Shown here piece by piece: positions 16,003 through 25,432 of a stretch of 38,184 bases of DNA. Source of the DNA: a virus (taxonomy: Duplodnaviria; Caudoviricetes). Every line of letters begins with the position of its first letter. The stretch's first letter is position 1. Location: the IMG/VR virus record IMGVR_UViG_3300024232_000037, positions 1-38,184 of that record; one strand, given 5' to 3'. The notes below the pieces were generated by a model, which searched no databases, was not told the DNA's origin, and was given only the letters and a program-made list of their open reading frames with translations. A program made the position numbers and the translations under genes.

Positions 16003-17766
16003 CTATGTCGAGCTGTCAGTCAGAAGGCCGAAGTTAGCGAGTGCGGTAAGCAACGAAGCCAGCGCGGCATTTGCGCCCTTAGAGCCGGTCACTGTGGGTT
16101 TGACTACTGCGGTCGCTCCGAAGAAGCCCAGCTTCTGTCCGGTATCCGACAGATTGAGCGAGCCGGTTGCTGCGGTCGTCAGATTGAGCGTGCAGCCGGT
16201 TCCGTTGCCGCTGAGCGTAGCCACCGGGTTGCTCGGCGCCGCTGCCGCATAATGGGTCTGGCTCAGCGTTACCGTGGCAACCGCGGAACCCGTGCGCGAG
16301 GCAACCTGCCAGAGATTGCCCATCGCATCAGTGAGATATTCGTTTAGGATGTATCCCGAACCGCCCGCCGCGACTGTCGCCGAGACCGCCCGCACGTTCG
16401 GCACGCTGATCTTGGTGCCGGTGCTGCTGTGGCTGATCGCCGCCGGGCCGAGCACCGGGAACTGGCCGGCGCCATCGATCTCCAGGCCGGTGCTTGTAAG
16501 CAGACGGTTCGTGAAGTGCAAACCGATCAGATTGAAGCCGTTGTAAACGGTCGGATTCCAGCCAAACGTCAGGTTTGCCTCGCGATTGTAATACACATCC
16601 ATGATCGAGGTGCCGGACAGCGTAGGGTCCCATGGCAGCGCGGTGCCAACGGCGCATAGCTGAAACACGGTTTTGTTGCCGCCAGTTCCTGGTGCTATGG
16701 TGGGGCTGGAGCAAGCCGCGTAGGCGAAGTCCTCGAACGTGCCATGAGCTGCGTCATTGATTCCGCAGTTTGTGACGATGTTCCCTTTGCTGTCCGCCGT
16801 GTTGCCGGCGAGCAGGCGAATGTCGTTCTCCTGGTTGAGCAGACGTCCAACGTGGCCGCCAGTCCCGCCGACGCGGCAGTCGAAGTTCACGCACGAGGCC
16901 CTTGAGTTTGTCCCGATACCTTCGGTGGCATCGAACTGCATAGCCACAAACATATTCATGGCCGACGTTGTCAGGCCATCCGCCGCTGCAGCGGACTTGT
17001 TGTAGGTCAGCGCCAGTTGCCAGCGGTCTCCCGAAGCTCCCGCATTGTAGTGATGGACCATTGAAAGCTGCGCCGATGCCGTAAGCGCGCGGGCGGCAAA
17101 TACCGTGTCGTTGACCTGCCAGTAGTTGAAGTGCGGGGCGCCAACTCCAGTGTCTAGCGTGCCGGTAAAGTTCGTGTTGAAGTTTATCCCCATCGGGGAG
17201 AGGCCACCGCTCCCTGCGGCCACACCAGAGGTCATGGTATGCGTGCCTGCCTGGGAAACTGTGCCGTCTATCTGGACGGCCGTTGAAGTGCCGTGGAAAT
17301 TATAGACGGCATTCGTGAACGTTAGGTTCGGGTTCCAGGTGTAGGAGCCTGTGGACCGCGTTGCCCGCAGAACCGTGCCGAGCAGAGTTCCCGTGTCATC
17401 ATACGCCAGCGTGTCGCGGTTCGAACCTGCGTTAGCGCCGGTCTCCGCAGTTGCGTTGGCGCTCTCCTGCCACCGTCGGTTAGCGTTGGCGCTGCCGCCT
17501 GTCATAAACTGGAACGCGCGCGAGGCGCCAGCCGGGCCAATAACGTTGAAGTTCGCCGCCGTCGTCGCGGTGCCGACCGTGGTGGCGCCGTTCAGCGCAG
17601 AGGTGCCCTGGTGCGTCACTGCACCGCTGACCACCCCACCAGCCAACGGCAGATAGGCCCCCGTCGCGGCTGTCACATAGCCCTTGCGCACCGCATCGGT
17701 ATCGGCCACCGGGTCGAAGTTCAACGTAGCGCGGTCCAGAGTGGGCGTGGGGTAGGTGACACTCAT
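16003..17766 (-). CDS. Tail fibre / receptor-binding protein
   Basis: DAVRKGYV, YLPLAGG, C-terminal GFFGATAVVKPTVTGSKGANAALASLLTALANFGL. Confidence 0.8.
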   Translation of the reverse strand: MSVTYPTPTLDRATLNFDPVADTDAVRKGYVTAATGAYLPLAGGVVSGAVTHQGTSALNGATTVGTATTAANFNVIGPAGASRAFQFMTGGSANANRRWQESANATAETGANAGSNRDTLAYDDTGTLLGTVLRATRSTGSYTWNPNLTFTNAVYNFHGTSTAVQIDGTVSQAGTHTMTSGVAAGSGGLSPMGINFNTNFTGTLDTGVGAPHFNYWQVNDTVFAARALTASAQLSMVHHYNAGASGDRWQLALTYNKSAAAADGLTTSAMNMFVAMQFDATEGIGTNSRASCVNFDCRVGGTGGHVGRLLNQENDIRLLAGNTADSKGNIVTNCGINDAAHGTFEDFAYAACSSPTIAPGTGGNKTVFQLCAVGTALPWDPTLSGTSIMDVYYNREANLTFGWNPTVYNGFNLIGLHFTNRLLTSTGLEIDGAGQFPVLGPAAISHSSTGTKISVPNVRAVSATVAAGGSGYILNEYLTDAMGNLWQVASRTGSAVATVTLSQTHYAAAAPSNPVATLSGNGTGCTLNLTTAATGSLNLSDTGQKLGFFGATAVVKPTVTGSKGANAALASLLTALANFGLLTDSST

Positions 17767-17792
17767 TCATGTGGCTTTCGTGGTTTCGTTTG

Positions 17793-17890
17793 TGGTATGG
17801 TGACCAGACGGCGCTAGGCTGATCCCCGAACACCCGGCCTCCGACCGGGTCGCGCCGTCGCCAATCATTCGGATGGCCTAGGAGGGCCAG
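17793..17890 (+). promoter_or_regulatory. Extended -10 promoter and structured 5' leader
   Basis: TGgTATGGT; stem 17807-17814/17852-17859, inner stem 17832-17850 with loop CCUCCGA. Confidence 0.5.
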
Positions 17891-18193
17891 ATGGAAATCC
17901 TAATCGGGCTAGTTGTCGCCGCGGCGCTGCTGTACTTCTGGCTCGTGGCCCATTGGTTTGCCCGGCTGCTAGTATTCCTGCTGCTCGGGGCGGGGCTGCT
18001 CACCATCGGCGCGTTGATCGCCGAACCTCCAGCCAACATCATGTTTGCAGTACTGGGCGTCGTGGCCGCGTGGTATATGGCAGGTATCCCGACCTACTAC
18101 TGGCGGCATCAGCATCGGCGCTTCATGCAGGCTGCTGGCTTTCCTGTGCCTCAGCCTCGGCGGTATGCCTGGACAGATGGGTTCTTCCGCTAG
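17891..18193 (+). CDS. Moron-like three-TM membrane protein (superinfection-exclusion candidate)
   Basis: Opposite strand within the late operon, GGAGG SD, hydrophobic. Confidence 0.75.
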   Translation: MEILIGLVVAAALLYFWLVAHWFARLLVFLLLGAGLLTIGALIAEPPANIMFAVLGVVAAWYMAGIPTYYWRHQHRRFMQAAGFPVPQPRRYAWTDGFFR

Positions 18194-20646
18194 GGCGGCG
18201 GCTGCAGCAAATTGTCCTTCGGGTGCAACATCTCCATACCCCTGGTCGTCTGCTTCCGTGCGTTTCTGGCACTAAAGATCGGAGCCAGCATATTTCGCGC
18301 GCCTGTCAACGCCATCGAACCGAACCCCGGAGAGATCGCGTTCGCCACGCCATGAGCTGCAGCGGTGCCGCCAGCCTTTGCGTAAGTCTTGGCGATGTCC
18401 CAGGCGTTTTGCGCTGTGTCCGATCCAGTCGTCCGCGCTAATTCCTCGGCGCCAGCCGACCGACGCAGATCATCTCGCAGGTTCCATAGCTGCTGCATCG
18501 TCTCGTCAGGGATCGACTTGAAGGCGTTGACCCCAGGAGCCGCCCGCGCATCCACGATCTGCCGCATCATCGACTGAACCCGGCTATATTGCATCCGGTT
18601 CTGCGCGTCGTACAGCTTCGGCTCGAACTTCTGCAGCGCCTCCATCGCATCTATCGGCCGCGAGGCACTTGAGAAGTTCTGCAGGTATTGCTTGAAACCA
18701 GGCGCCGATGCCTCAATGACCGTATCAAGCTCGGTCTTCAACTGGTCCAGTGCTGCCACTGCACGGACATTCTTTGGGTCTGCCGCAGCCGCCTCGCGCG
18801 ATGTCAGGTCGTCAATGTGCTTGCGGACACCATAAAGCTGCTCCGGGTCGGTGATCAGCTTCCCGTCGGGGCCAGTCAGTTCGGATGTAACCGAGTCGAT
18901 GGCACCTCGGACCAGAGGCCGCCGACCATCTGGCGATGCCTTGATCTCCGCCGCCTTATCCAGCACTGCGGCAGGGTTGGCTTCGGTCTTGCCGGCCCAT
19001 GTCGCCTTCAGATCAGCTTCTGCTTGCGCCGCTCGCGCCGCCTTGGCGTTCATCAGCGACACGTCGGAGCCGGCCAGTTGCTCGAAGTGCATCCGCCGTG
19101 CGTCATTGTTCTGCGCCGCGATCGCCCGCGCCTCCTCGGAGACCTCGGGCGCCTGGAGCTTCAGCGACTTCAGCTCGCGCGAGGTGTTCACGCTCTGCTC
19201 GATCTCAGCCGCGCTTGGTTCAACACCCGGCACATATGCTGTCCGGTCGGGGATGCCCGGCTGCTGCGCCTCCAGCAGCTTCTGCCCCTCAGCGGTCGAG
19301 CGATAGGCAGCAGCTTCCTTCGGTGACAGGCCGAAGGTGCCTGGGGCTGATCCTTCGCGAGATGCTGCGGCACCGACACTCTGCGTCGCCCCCTCGCCCA
19401 CCATCGGCCGCGGCGTCGGCTGCGTCAGCGCGCTCTGGTCTAGCAGGTTGCCCGGTTGGCGGATCGGCTGCTGGTCTGCCCGGTCAATGGCCCCGAGGAG
19501 CTGCGGCAGTCGCCCCGGCGGCGGCTCACCAAAACGCTCCTGCACGAAGCGGGGGGCAATACTCGCTGGCGGCTCCAGCATGTTCGGAACGCCGGCACCC
19601 ATGCCGGCAACCGGCGCAACCTGCCCGCCCATGTAGAGGTCACGCCCAAGCGATGGACCACCCAAGGCATTGCCAGTCTCATACAGCGCCTGACCTGCAG
19701 CCCCGCCAACCGCTCCGGCCGCGCCGAGCACCTGATTGCCGATTTTGATCAGCGGCCCGGAGATGTACCGCCCCACCGGGCCTTGTGCCTCGAGCGACGC
19801 CTGAGCCTCTGGCGTCAGCAGATTAGGGGTTCCCTGGAAGCCCTGGACGGCCGCCTGACCAACCCGGCCGAGCACCCCGGTAATAACGTCGGCTGCTGGC
19901 GTAGGCGGCCCCTGCGTCGGCACAGAGGCCGCATTCGGTCCCTGCGCTACGGCTGCCGCGGCGGTGCCCGGCGCAATGGAACTCGGCGGCAGTTTGATAT
20001 CAGGGGCAGCGCGCCCGTATTCATCCAGCGTAGGCGCTGGCGTAGGTTCTGCGGCCGGCGGCGTCTCGGACTTCGCCCCCTGCGTCGTCCGCTTAAGAAA
20101 GTCGGCATCGCTCTCGCCGGCAGGTTTGGCTTGCCCCGAGGTGGTTCGCTTCAGAAAGTCGGCGTCAGACTCCACCTTTCCCGCCCCTCCGGTAGCCGCT
20201 GGCGGCGTCGCCCCGCCTGGAGCACCATCCGCCGCAGCCGGTCCAGCGCCGCCCGTTGTAGGCACGCCAAGCCCGGCAAATTGCTGGTAGTGCTTCGCCA
20301 CGCTCGGCACGTAAGCCGCGCTCTCCGGCCCGAACCGTTGCCGCCAGTCCGGGCCGCCGTGGTAGTAGAGCAGAGCCTTCTGCGGCGTGCCCTCGGCATC
20401 GAGCGCCGACGCTAGGTATTTTGCCCCGCCCCAGATCGACTGCACCGGGTCTTTGAGGTCCGTCATCCCGAGACCGCGCCCGGTATCCGGCATGATCCCC
20501 ATTAGCCCCGCAGCCCCTGCTTTGGAAACCGCCTGCGATTTGCCGCCGCTCTCCTGTGCCGCGACCGCCTTCAGCAACGTCGGGTCTACGTTCCATTCCA
20601 GACCGGCTTCCTTAAAGACCGGATCGTATATCGATAGATCGCCCAT
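18190..20646 (-). CDS. Large ejection protein (gp16-like) with N-terminal lytic transglycosylase
   Basis: AVAAQESGG..AVSKAGAAGLMGIMPDT..DPVQSIWGGAKYL..YHGG SLT motifs; position. Confidence 0.85.
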   Translation of the reverse strand: MGDLSIYDPVFKEAGLEWNVDPTLLKAVAAQESGGKSQAVSKAGAAGLMGIMPDTGRGLGMTDLKDPVQSIWGGAKYLASALDAEGTPQKALLYYHGGPDWRQRFGPESAAYVPSVAKHYQQFAGLGVPTTGGAGPAAADGAPGGATPPAATGGAGKVESDADFLKRTTSGQAKPAGESDADFLKRTTQGAKSETPPAAEPTPAPTLDEYGRAAPDIKLPPSSIAPGTAAAAVAQGPNAASVPTQGPPTPAADVITGVLGRVGQAAVQGFQGTPNLLTPEAQASLEAQGPVGRYISGPLIKIGNQVLGAAGAVGGAAGQALYETGNALGGPSLGRDLYMGGQVAPVAGMGAGVPNMLEPPASIAPRFVQERFGEPPPGRLPQLLGAIDRADQQPIRQPGNLLDQSALTQPTPRPMVGEGATQSVGAAASREGSAPGTFGLSPKEAAAYRSTAEGQKLLEAQQPGIPDRTAYVPGVEPSAAEIEQSVNTSRELKSLKLQAPEVSEEARAIAAQNNDARRMHFEQLAGSDVSLMNAKAARAAQAEADLKATWAGKTEANPAAVLDKAAEIKASPDGRRPLVRGAIDSVTSELTGPDGKLITDPEQLYGVRKHIDDLTSREAAAADPKNVRAVAALDQLKTELDTVIEASAPGFKQYLQNFSSASRPIDAMEALQKFEPKLYDAQNRMQYSRVQSMMRQIVDARAAPGVNAFKSIPDETMQQLWNLRDDLRRSAGAEELARTTGSDTAQNAWDIAKTYAKAGGTAAAHGVANAISPGFGSMALTGARNMLAPIFSARNARKQTTRGMEMLHPKDNLLQPPP

Positions 20647-22217
20647 CAGGGATTGGAGAGAAACTTATTGTCCTCAGCGAACTTGTACGCCTTCTTCAGC
20701 GCGTCCCGGCCGGCCTGATCCAGATTCTTCCAATACGTCGTTCTCTGATCCGATGTCATGCGATTGTACTGGAATGCGCGCGGGTCGAGATCGCTCTGTA
20801 TCTTCGCCTGGAAGCCGCGATAATCCTGCTTCTCCGGGTAAGCCGCCGCTAGCTTCGACCGCGCCTCCAGATAGTCGGTATTTCCCTGCAACTGACGAAT
20901 GACGAGATCGACGCCGCCCGGTGTCAGCGAGGCGTGAGGCGTTGCGGCCTGAATAACCGCCAGGCGACTGTCGCTGCCAGCGCCTTGTGCATTAGCAAGT
21001 TGGGCTGCGAACTTGTCGAAGCTGTCCTGCGACGCCAGCTTGTCGGCCATTCCTTGGCCCAGACTGCCGCCGAACATATTGGCCACACGCTGCAGCGTCG
21101 CTCGCACCTTCTGAATGCCCTCAGCACCAGGGCCTGGAACGAACTGCCCGGCATCCGCCAGCATGTTGCCGAGGACGGCCCGCTGCGTCTGTGCCTGCGT
21201 TCCGGCCTGCGCCTCCTGATCGAAACTCGCATTCGATGAGGTGCCTTGCGCCTGCCTCTGTGCTTCCTGTTCCGGGGTAAGCCCGGCAACGAACGGCTTG
21301 ACCGCGGGGGGTTGCGCGGCGGCAGGCGCCGGCTGCGTGGCATCTGGTGCGGGTGGTGTCGCTGCTGGTGCGTTCGGATTGCGGAGCGCTGCCGGCGGTC
21401 TCCCTGTGCCGAGCTGCGCCCCGCCGGTTGGCGGCGTAGCACCCTGCCGGCGCAATATCTCGCCGAGCGGAAGCATGGACTTCTGGCCGGTGCTGGGATC
21501 AGTAAACGGAACCTGCGTCGCCAGTTGCTCGGGTGTTAGGCCAGTCGCCACACCACCGCCGCCGACACTAGTGGCCCCCGCGCTGTTCGGCCCGGCCGGC
21601 CTCGTCGTAACTGGGACCTTCGCCCCGCCAACATCTTCCAGCGTTGTCGTGCCGTATGTGCGTTCAAGCTGCGTCTGCGCTGCCACTGCGCTCTGAGCGT
21701 GCTGCGCTGCCCACTGCCGCAGTCCGTTCGCATCGAGGCCCTGCACGATCTGCATCTGCCGCGCAACCTCGGGCATGGTCATCACGCCAGAAGCAATCCC
21801 CTGCTGGAATACGCCAAGCACGTCCTGCGGGGTGATCGTCGGCTTGTCGAGCAACGCTCCGGCACGCGACTGCACGAACTGCAACTTCACACGCGCCTGG
21901 TTCAACTGGGCATCCGACAGGCTCTGATTGTTCTGCAGCCCCGCCTGCGCCCCGAACGCCGCCTGCGGGCCGGCTGCCACGAGGTTCTTGCGGAAAGCGT
22001 TGGGATCGTATTCCCCGGTATCGGGGTTGATCGCGCCCTGCGCCGCGCCACCGACCGCCTTCTCAGCAAGCAGCTTCTGAAGGTTCAGCATGTTGGCACC
22101 GGTCTGGCTCGCGGCATTGTAGGCGCCGAGTATGTTGACCTGGCCAGGGTTGGCGATCGCTGCCAGTGCGTTACCGGCGTGTTGCGCGTTCAGTAGGTCG
22201 GAGTATGTGCCGCTCAT
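20646..22217 (-). CDS. Ejection protein (gp20-like position)
   Basis: Ala/Gln/Gly-rich, middle of three ejection genes. Confidence 0.7.
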   Translation of the reverse strand: MSGTYSDLLNAQHAGNALAAIANPGQVNILGAYNAASQTGANMLNLQKLLAEKAVGGAAQGAINPDTGEYDPNAFRKNLVAAGPQAAFGAQAGLQNNQSLSDAQLNQARVKLQFVQSRAGALLDKPTITPQDVLGVFQQGIASGVMTMPEVARQMQIVQGLDANGLRQWAAQHAQSAVAAQTQLERTYGTTTLEDVGGAKVPVTTRPAGPNSAGATSVGGGGVATGLTPEQLATQVPFTDPSTGQKSMLPLGEILRRQGATPPTGGAQLGTGRPPAALRNPNAPAATPPAPDATQPAPAAAQPPAVKPFVAGLTPEQEAQRQAQGTSSNASFDQEAQAGTQAQTQRAVLGNMLADAGQFVPGPGAEGIQKVRATLQRVANMFGGSLGQGMADKLASQDSFDKFAAQLANAQGAGSDSRLAVIQAATPHASLTPGGVDLVIRQLQGNTDYLEARSKLAAAYPEKQDYRGFQAKIQSDLDPRAFQYNRMTSDQRTTYWKNLDQAGRDALKKAYKFAEDNKFLSNP

Positions 22218-22226
22218 GCGCTTCGC

Positions 22227-22976
22227 CTAAGAATTGATTGGATCGGTGAACCCGCGCGTTCCACCACCACCGACCGCTTGCTGCAGGAACTGATTGGCAA
22301 GGAAGTTGTTGATCCCGCCCGTAACCGCGTTCCCGACGCCAGCCGTGCCAGCCGCCTGCGCCAGTCCTCCTTGCTGGAGGAACTGCCCGGCTTGGTTCGT
22401 CAGCGACGCGCCGATGGCGCCGGTCTGTGCCGCCGCACCGGAGCCAATCTTTGCCACATCGGAAAGCCGGTTGTATTGGTTGGTCAGATTGCCCTGCTGC
22501 GCCGTGTTCAGGTTCAGCGAGTTCTGAAACCGCGTCTGCGCGTTGTTAAACTGGTTCTGATAGGTGCTGTCGGCGAGGCCGGTGGCGTAGGTTGCCGCCC
22601 CTTTCAACGATGCGCCGCTCACACCGAGGCCGCGCGCCGCAGCCGCGCTCTGCGTCGCCTTCAGACCCTGCGCGAGATTGAACTGATACCCCGGCGTCTG
22701 CTCCAGCTCGGCCTGTGTCATCTGCCCCGGCTGCATCCCGGCAGCTTGTGACAGATAGTTGGGACCCTGAACCGGCTGCTGTGCTAGGTTGACCAGGTCG
22801 GGGATGACAACACGCCCCGCCGTAGCGAACGGATCGAGGTCAGCCCGCGTCTGCAGGAACTGCAGCCGGTTGTTGCCGGCGGCCTTGTTCGAGGCGCCCG
22901 CCGCCTGGCTGCCACCGAGCAGCGACGAGCCGGCCGACGCTACAGCTCCGATGCCAGCAATCGCCGCCGCTACCAT
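22227..22976 (-). CDS. DNA transfer / pilot protein (gp7-like)
   Basis: TPGYQFNLAQG..SAAAARGLGVSGASLK..ATGLADSTY. Confidence 0.8.
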   Translation of the reverse strand: MVAAAIAGIGAVASAGSSLLGGSQAAGASNKAAGNNRLQFLQTRADLDPFATAGRVVIPDLVNLAQQPVQGPNYLSQAAGMQPGQMTQAELEQTPGYQFNLAQGLKATQSAAAARGLGVSGASLKGAATYATGLADSTYQNQFNNAQTRFQNSLNLNTAQQGNLTNQYNRLSDVAKIGSGAAAQTGAIGASLTNQAGQFLQQGGLAQAAGTAGVGNAVTGGINNFLANQFLQQAVGGGGTRGFTDPINS

Positions 22977-22977
22977 G

Positions 22978-23436
22978 TCAAGCCGCCCCTATCCATTTAG
23001 AGTGATACTGCTCCACCGGAGAGAATCCGAGACGCTTAAACAGAGGCGATGCGTCGCGATGCAGCTTCGCGCCAACGAACCACCGCTGCACTCCACGCCG
23101 CCGCAAGTCGCGCTCGACCGCCTGGAATAGAATGCTGCCGTTGTGCCCGCGACGGTGCTCAGGATGCACAAAAAATATATCCATTGTCGCCGTCAGGCAG
23201 GACGCATAATGCAGCCCAGGTGCGATAAACCCCCAGTAGTAGCCGATCAGCCGGCCGTCCTCACGTAACACCACGATCTGCAGTTCGCCCCGCGCGTCCC
23301 GTTCGTCATAGACGCGCCATTGCGGCTGCAGCGGCACCTTGTCACGGTCGAGCGCCAATTCCTCCCAGTGCAGCGGCAGGAGTGGCATCATCTCGTCAAT
23401 CGTCGGGCGCCACGGCTCTGGCGCAGCCGTGATCAC
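22978..23436 (-). CDS. GNAT acetyltransferase
   Basis: DIFFVHPEHRRGHNG, LFKRLGF. Confidence 0.85.
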   Translation of the reverse strand: MITAAPEPWRPTIDEMMPLLPLHWEELALDRDKVPLQPQWRVYDERDARGELQIVVLREDGRLIGYYWGFIAPGLHYASCLTATMDIFFVHPEHRRGHNGSILFQAVERDLRRRGVQRWFVGAKLHRDASPLFKRLGFSPVEQYHSKWIGAA

Positions 23437-23996
23437 GTCCGAAAGTCCACCAGCAAGTGAATGCGCGCGTCAGCCGAGTTGTTCTCGACGCTGTGGACCT
23501 CGCGGTGCTGAAACCACCAGACCGACCCGCTCAGCATCTGCACAGTCTCACCGCCGCAGTGATACAGGCTACCCGGCAGCCCCTGCAGGACGACGTGGAA
23601 CCGCATCCCGTCGTCCCGCGCCACATAGTCACCATCGGTATCGGCGTGCGGTGCAATGCGCCCGCCAGGCTGCAGACGGGTGATGATGACACGCCCCAGA
23701 CTGACAGCCTCGATGCGCCGCATGAGGTCAAACACAATCGGCCGAACCTGCGGAAGTTCCTGCCATGCCGGATAGAACACCGGCTCCATGTCCTCCAGCA
23801 CATCGCCAAGATGCGTCGGATCGGCTGTCTTTTCCGGCGCCGAGAACCGCAGCAGGATGTCGTCAACGTCACGATGTGGCGTTCCGGTGTAGGTCGTCCG
23901 AAAGGCATCTCGGTTCCACAACTGCGGGCGCCCCTGAAGCGCCACCATCAATGGGATAACGTCAACGTTTGCGGCTATTTGACAAAAGTTCTGCAC
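23433..23996 (-). CDS. Aspartyl/asparaginyl beta-hydroxylase family 2OG-Fe(II) oxygenase
   Basis: GRVIITRLQPGGRIAPHAD, RFHVVL, WWFQHREVHSVENNS..RIHLLVD. Confidence 0.85.
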   Translation of the reverse strand: MQNFCQIAANVDVIPLMVALQGRPQLWNRDAFRTTYTGTPHRDVDDILLRFSAPEKTADPTHLGDVLEDMEPVFYPAWQELPQVRPIVFDLMRRIEAVSLGRVIITRLQPGGRIAPHADTDGDYVARDDGMRFHVVLQGLPGSLYHCGGETVQMLSGSVWWFQHREVHSVENNSADARIHLLVDFRT

Positions 23997-24349
23997 TACC
24001 ACTCCTGCGCCATGAACGCCTGGCCGGTCGTCGCCCCGAAGATCGAGTGCGCCGTCGTCTGCACGCCGGTCGGATTGCACTGATACTCCGCACCCGCAGG
24101 AAGTCTCACACTAGGCTGCGTCGCCGCGGCTGCCGTGCCGTCTGCTCTGATCCACAGGTCGCCCGTGCTCTGATTCTGGATCGTGCAGCCGTGCCGCTGC
24201 GAGTTCGCTGCCATGAGCGTTTGCGCCACGCCACCCGATGTGACGGTGCCGCTGCGGTCGGTATGTGCGGCCTGGAACCCCTGGTCGGCCCACGCCACCG
24301 CCGGCAGCAGAGACAAGGCGAAGATCAGACTCCAGCGATAGCGGACCAC
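23996..24349 (-). CDS. Small beta-sandwich virion-type protein with signal peptide
   Basis: WSLIFALSLLPAVAWA-D; AANSQRHGCTIQNQSTGDLWI. Confidence 0.7.
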   Translation of the reverse strand: MVRYRWSLIFALSLLPAVAWADQGFQAAHTDRSGTVTSGGVAQTLMAANSQRHGCTIQNQSTGDLWIRADGTAAAATQPSVRLPAGAEYQCNPTGVQTTAHSIFGATTGQAFMAQEW

Positions 24350-24606
24350 GTTCCGTCTCCTTTCGAGATATACAGCGCGGCGCCGACCGCCCCGTCCGTG
24401 CGCTTGTAGAGACTACCAACTGGCATCGTGCCGCTCGGCGCCCCCGTTCCCTGCGTCCAGTCGCCCTTGCCAGCCATCGTCCAACGCTTGCCGTCCCAGA
24501 CCGAGCGCAGCCCGGTGTCGATCGCGATGTAGACACAGGGCACATAGAGCGGATGCGTCGGCCTCGATGCTGCCAGCCCTGCGATGATGTAATCGGGGAA
24601 CGTCAC
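24325..24606 (-). CDS. Small fibre-segment protein, paralogue of next gene
   Basis: YIAIDTG..VWDG..W, GTGAP..PVGSLYKR..LYISKG; GTG start overlapping upstream stop. Confidence 0.7.
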   Translation of the reverse strand: MTFPDYIIAGLAASRPTHPLYVPCVYIAIDTGLRSVWDGKRWTMAGKGDWTQGTGAPSGTMPVGSLYKRTDGAVGAALYISKGDGTWSAIAGV

Positions 24607-24926
24607 ACGCCCGCCACTGCAGCCCAGACGCCCGCCCCGCGGCTCACATAGAGGGTGGCGCCCACTGCCCCGCCCACGCGGCTGTAGAGGCTCCCCACGG
24701 GCTTGGTTGCAGCAGGCGCACCAGCGCCGCTCGTCCAGTCTGGCGAGGCTGTAGCGCCGCCGTCCGCATATGTGCCCTGTATCCACGCGGCGCCGTTCCA
24801 GACAGACACCACGCCAGTGTCGGTGGCGATGTAGACGACGAGACCACCGGTCGGGGGCGTCGGGGCAGCCGGACGCGCCGCCGCGGTGCCAGCTTTCAGG
24901 TAGTCGGTGATAAGCGTCGTGGTCAT
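24603..24926 (-). CDS. Small fibre-segment protein
   Basis: GTAAARP, YIATDTG..VWNGAAW, GAGAP..PVGSLYSR. Confidence 0.75.
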   Translation of the reverse strand: MTTTLITDYLKAGTAAARPAAPTPPTGGLVVYIATDTGVVSVWNGAAWIQGTYADGGATASPDWTSGAGAPAATKPVGSLYSRVGGAVGATLYVSRGAGVWAAVAGV

Positions 24927-25432
24927 GGAGGAAGCCCAGGAACGTAGATCGGCGTGCCGTCCGGGTTACACATGATGCCCACCGGCACGTCACCATTAAC
25001 CAGCAGCTCTAGCACTCGGATTGCAGAGATAGCCGCCGCATTCGTCGCATCACCGAGAATGCGCGCTGCCTGTTCTGCTGCGATGCTGCCGTTCAGGTTC
25101 GCCGTGCCATTCGACACCAGCACCGCATCTGCCGCGATACGCGCCGCCGTCTCGTTGGTGATCTGCGTCCCGAGCGCCGTGTCGCCCGTGGTGCGGGCCG
25201 CAGTCTCGTTCGCCAGCGCCGTTCCGAGCGATGCATCGGCCGCAATCCGGTTTGCCGTCTCGACCGCCAGCGCCTGCGTCGTGTCTGGTCCGGCCTGGAC
25301 GCCAACGCCGCCCCCGGTGCGGTTCCAAAGTGCCATGAAGAACTGGCGCCACACCGCCGCCGGATGGCCGTCCTCGCCCAGCATAGGGGCGTAGGGGAAG
25401 CCGGACTTTAGGGGTGATACCGGGTTAGCCAT
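24923..25432 (-). CDS. Tail needle/plug-like coiled-coil protein (gp26-like)
   Basis: WRQFFMALWNRTGG; ETAARxAAD 11-residue-type repeats. Confidence 0.65.
   Translation of the reverse strand: MANPVSPLKSGFPYAPMLGEDGHPAAVWRQFFMALWNRTGGGVGVQAGPDTTQALAVETANRIAADASLGTALANETAARTTGDTALGTQITNETAARIAADAVLVSNGTANLNGSIAAEQAARILGDATNAAAISAIRVLELLVNGDVPVGIMCNPDGTPIYVPGLPP

Noticed and set aside
17807-17860. Hammerhead ribozyme (CUGAU..GAA)
   Set aside because: Lacks CUGAnGA, stem II and the GAAA/UH arrangement
18190-20646. SLT domain as the endolysin
   Set aside because: Fused to an 818-aa ejection protein, so more likely an entry enzyme
24325-24926. DGR template/variable repeat pair
   Set aside because: No reverse transcriptase; the copies are two full ORFs diverged throughout, including indels
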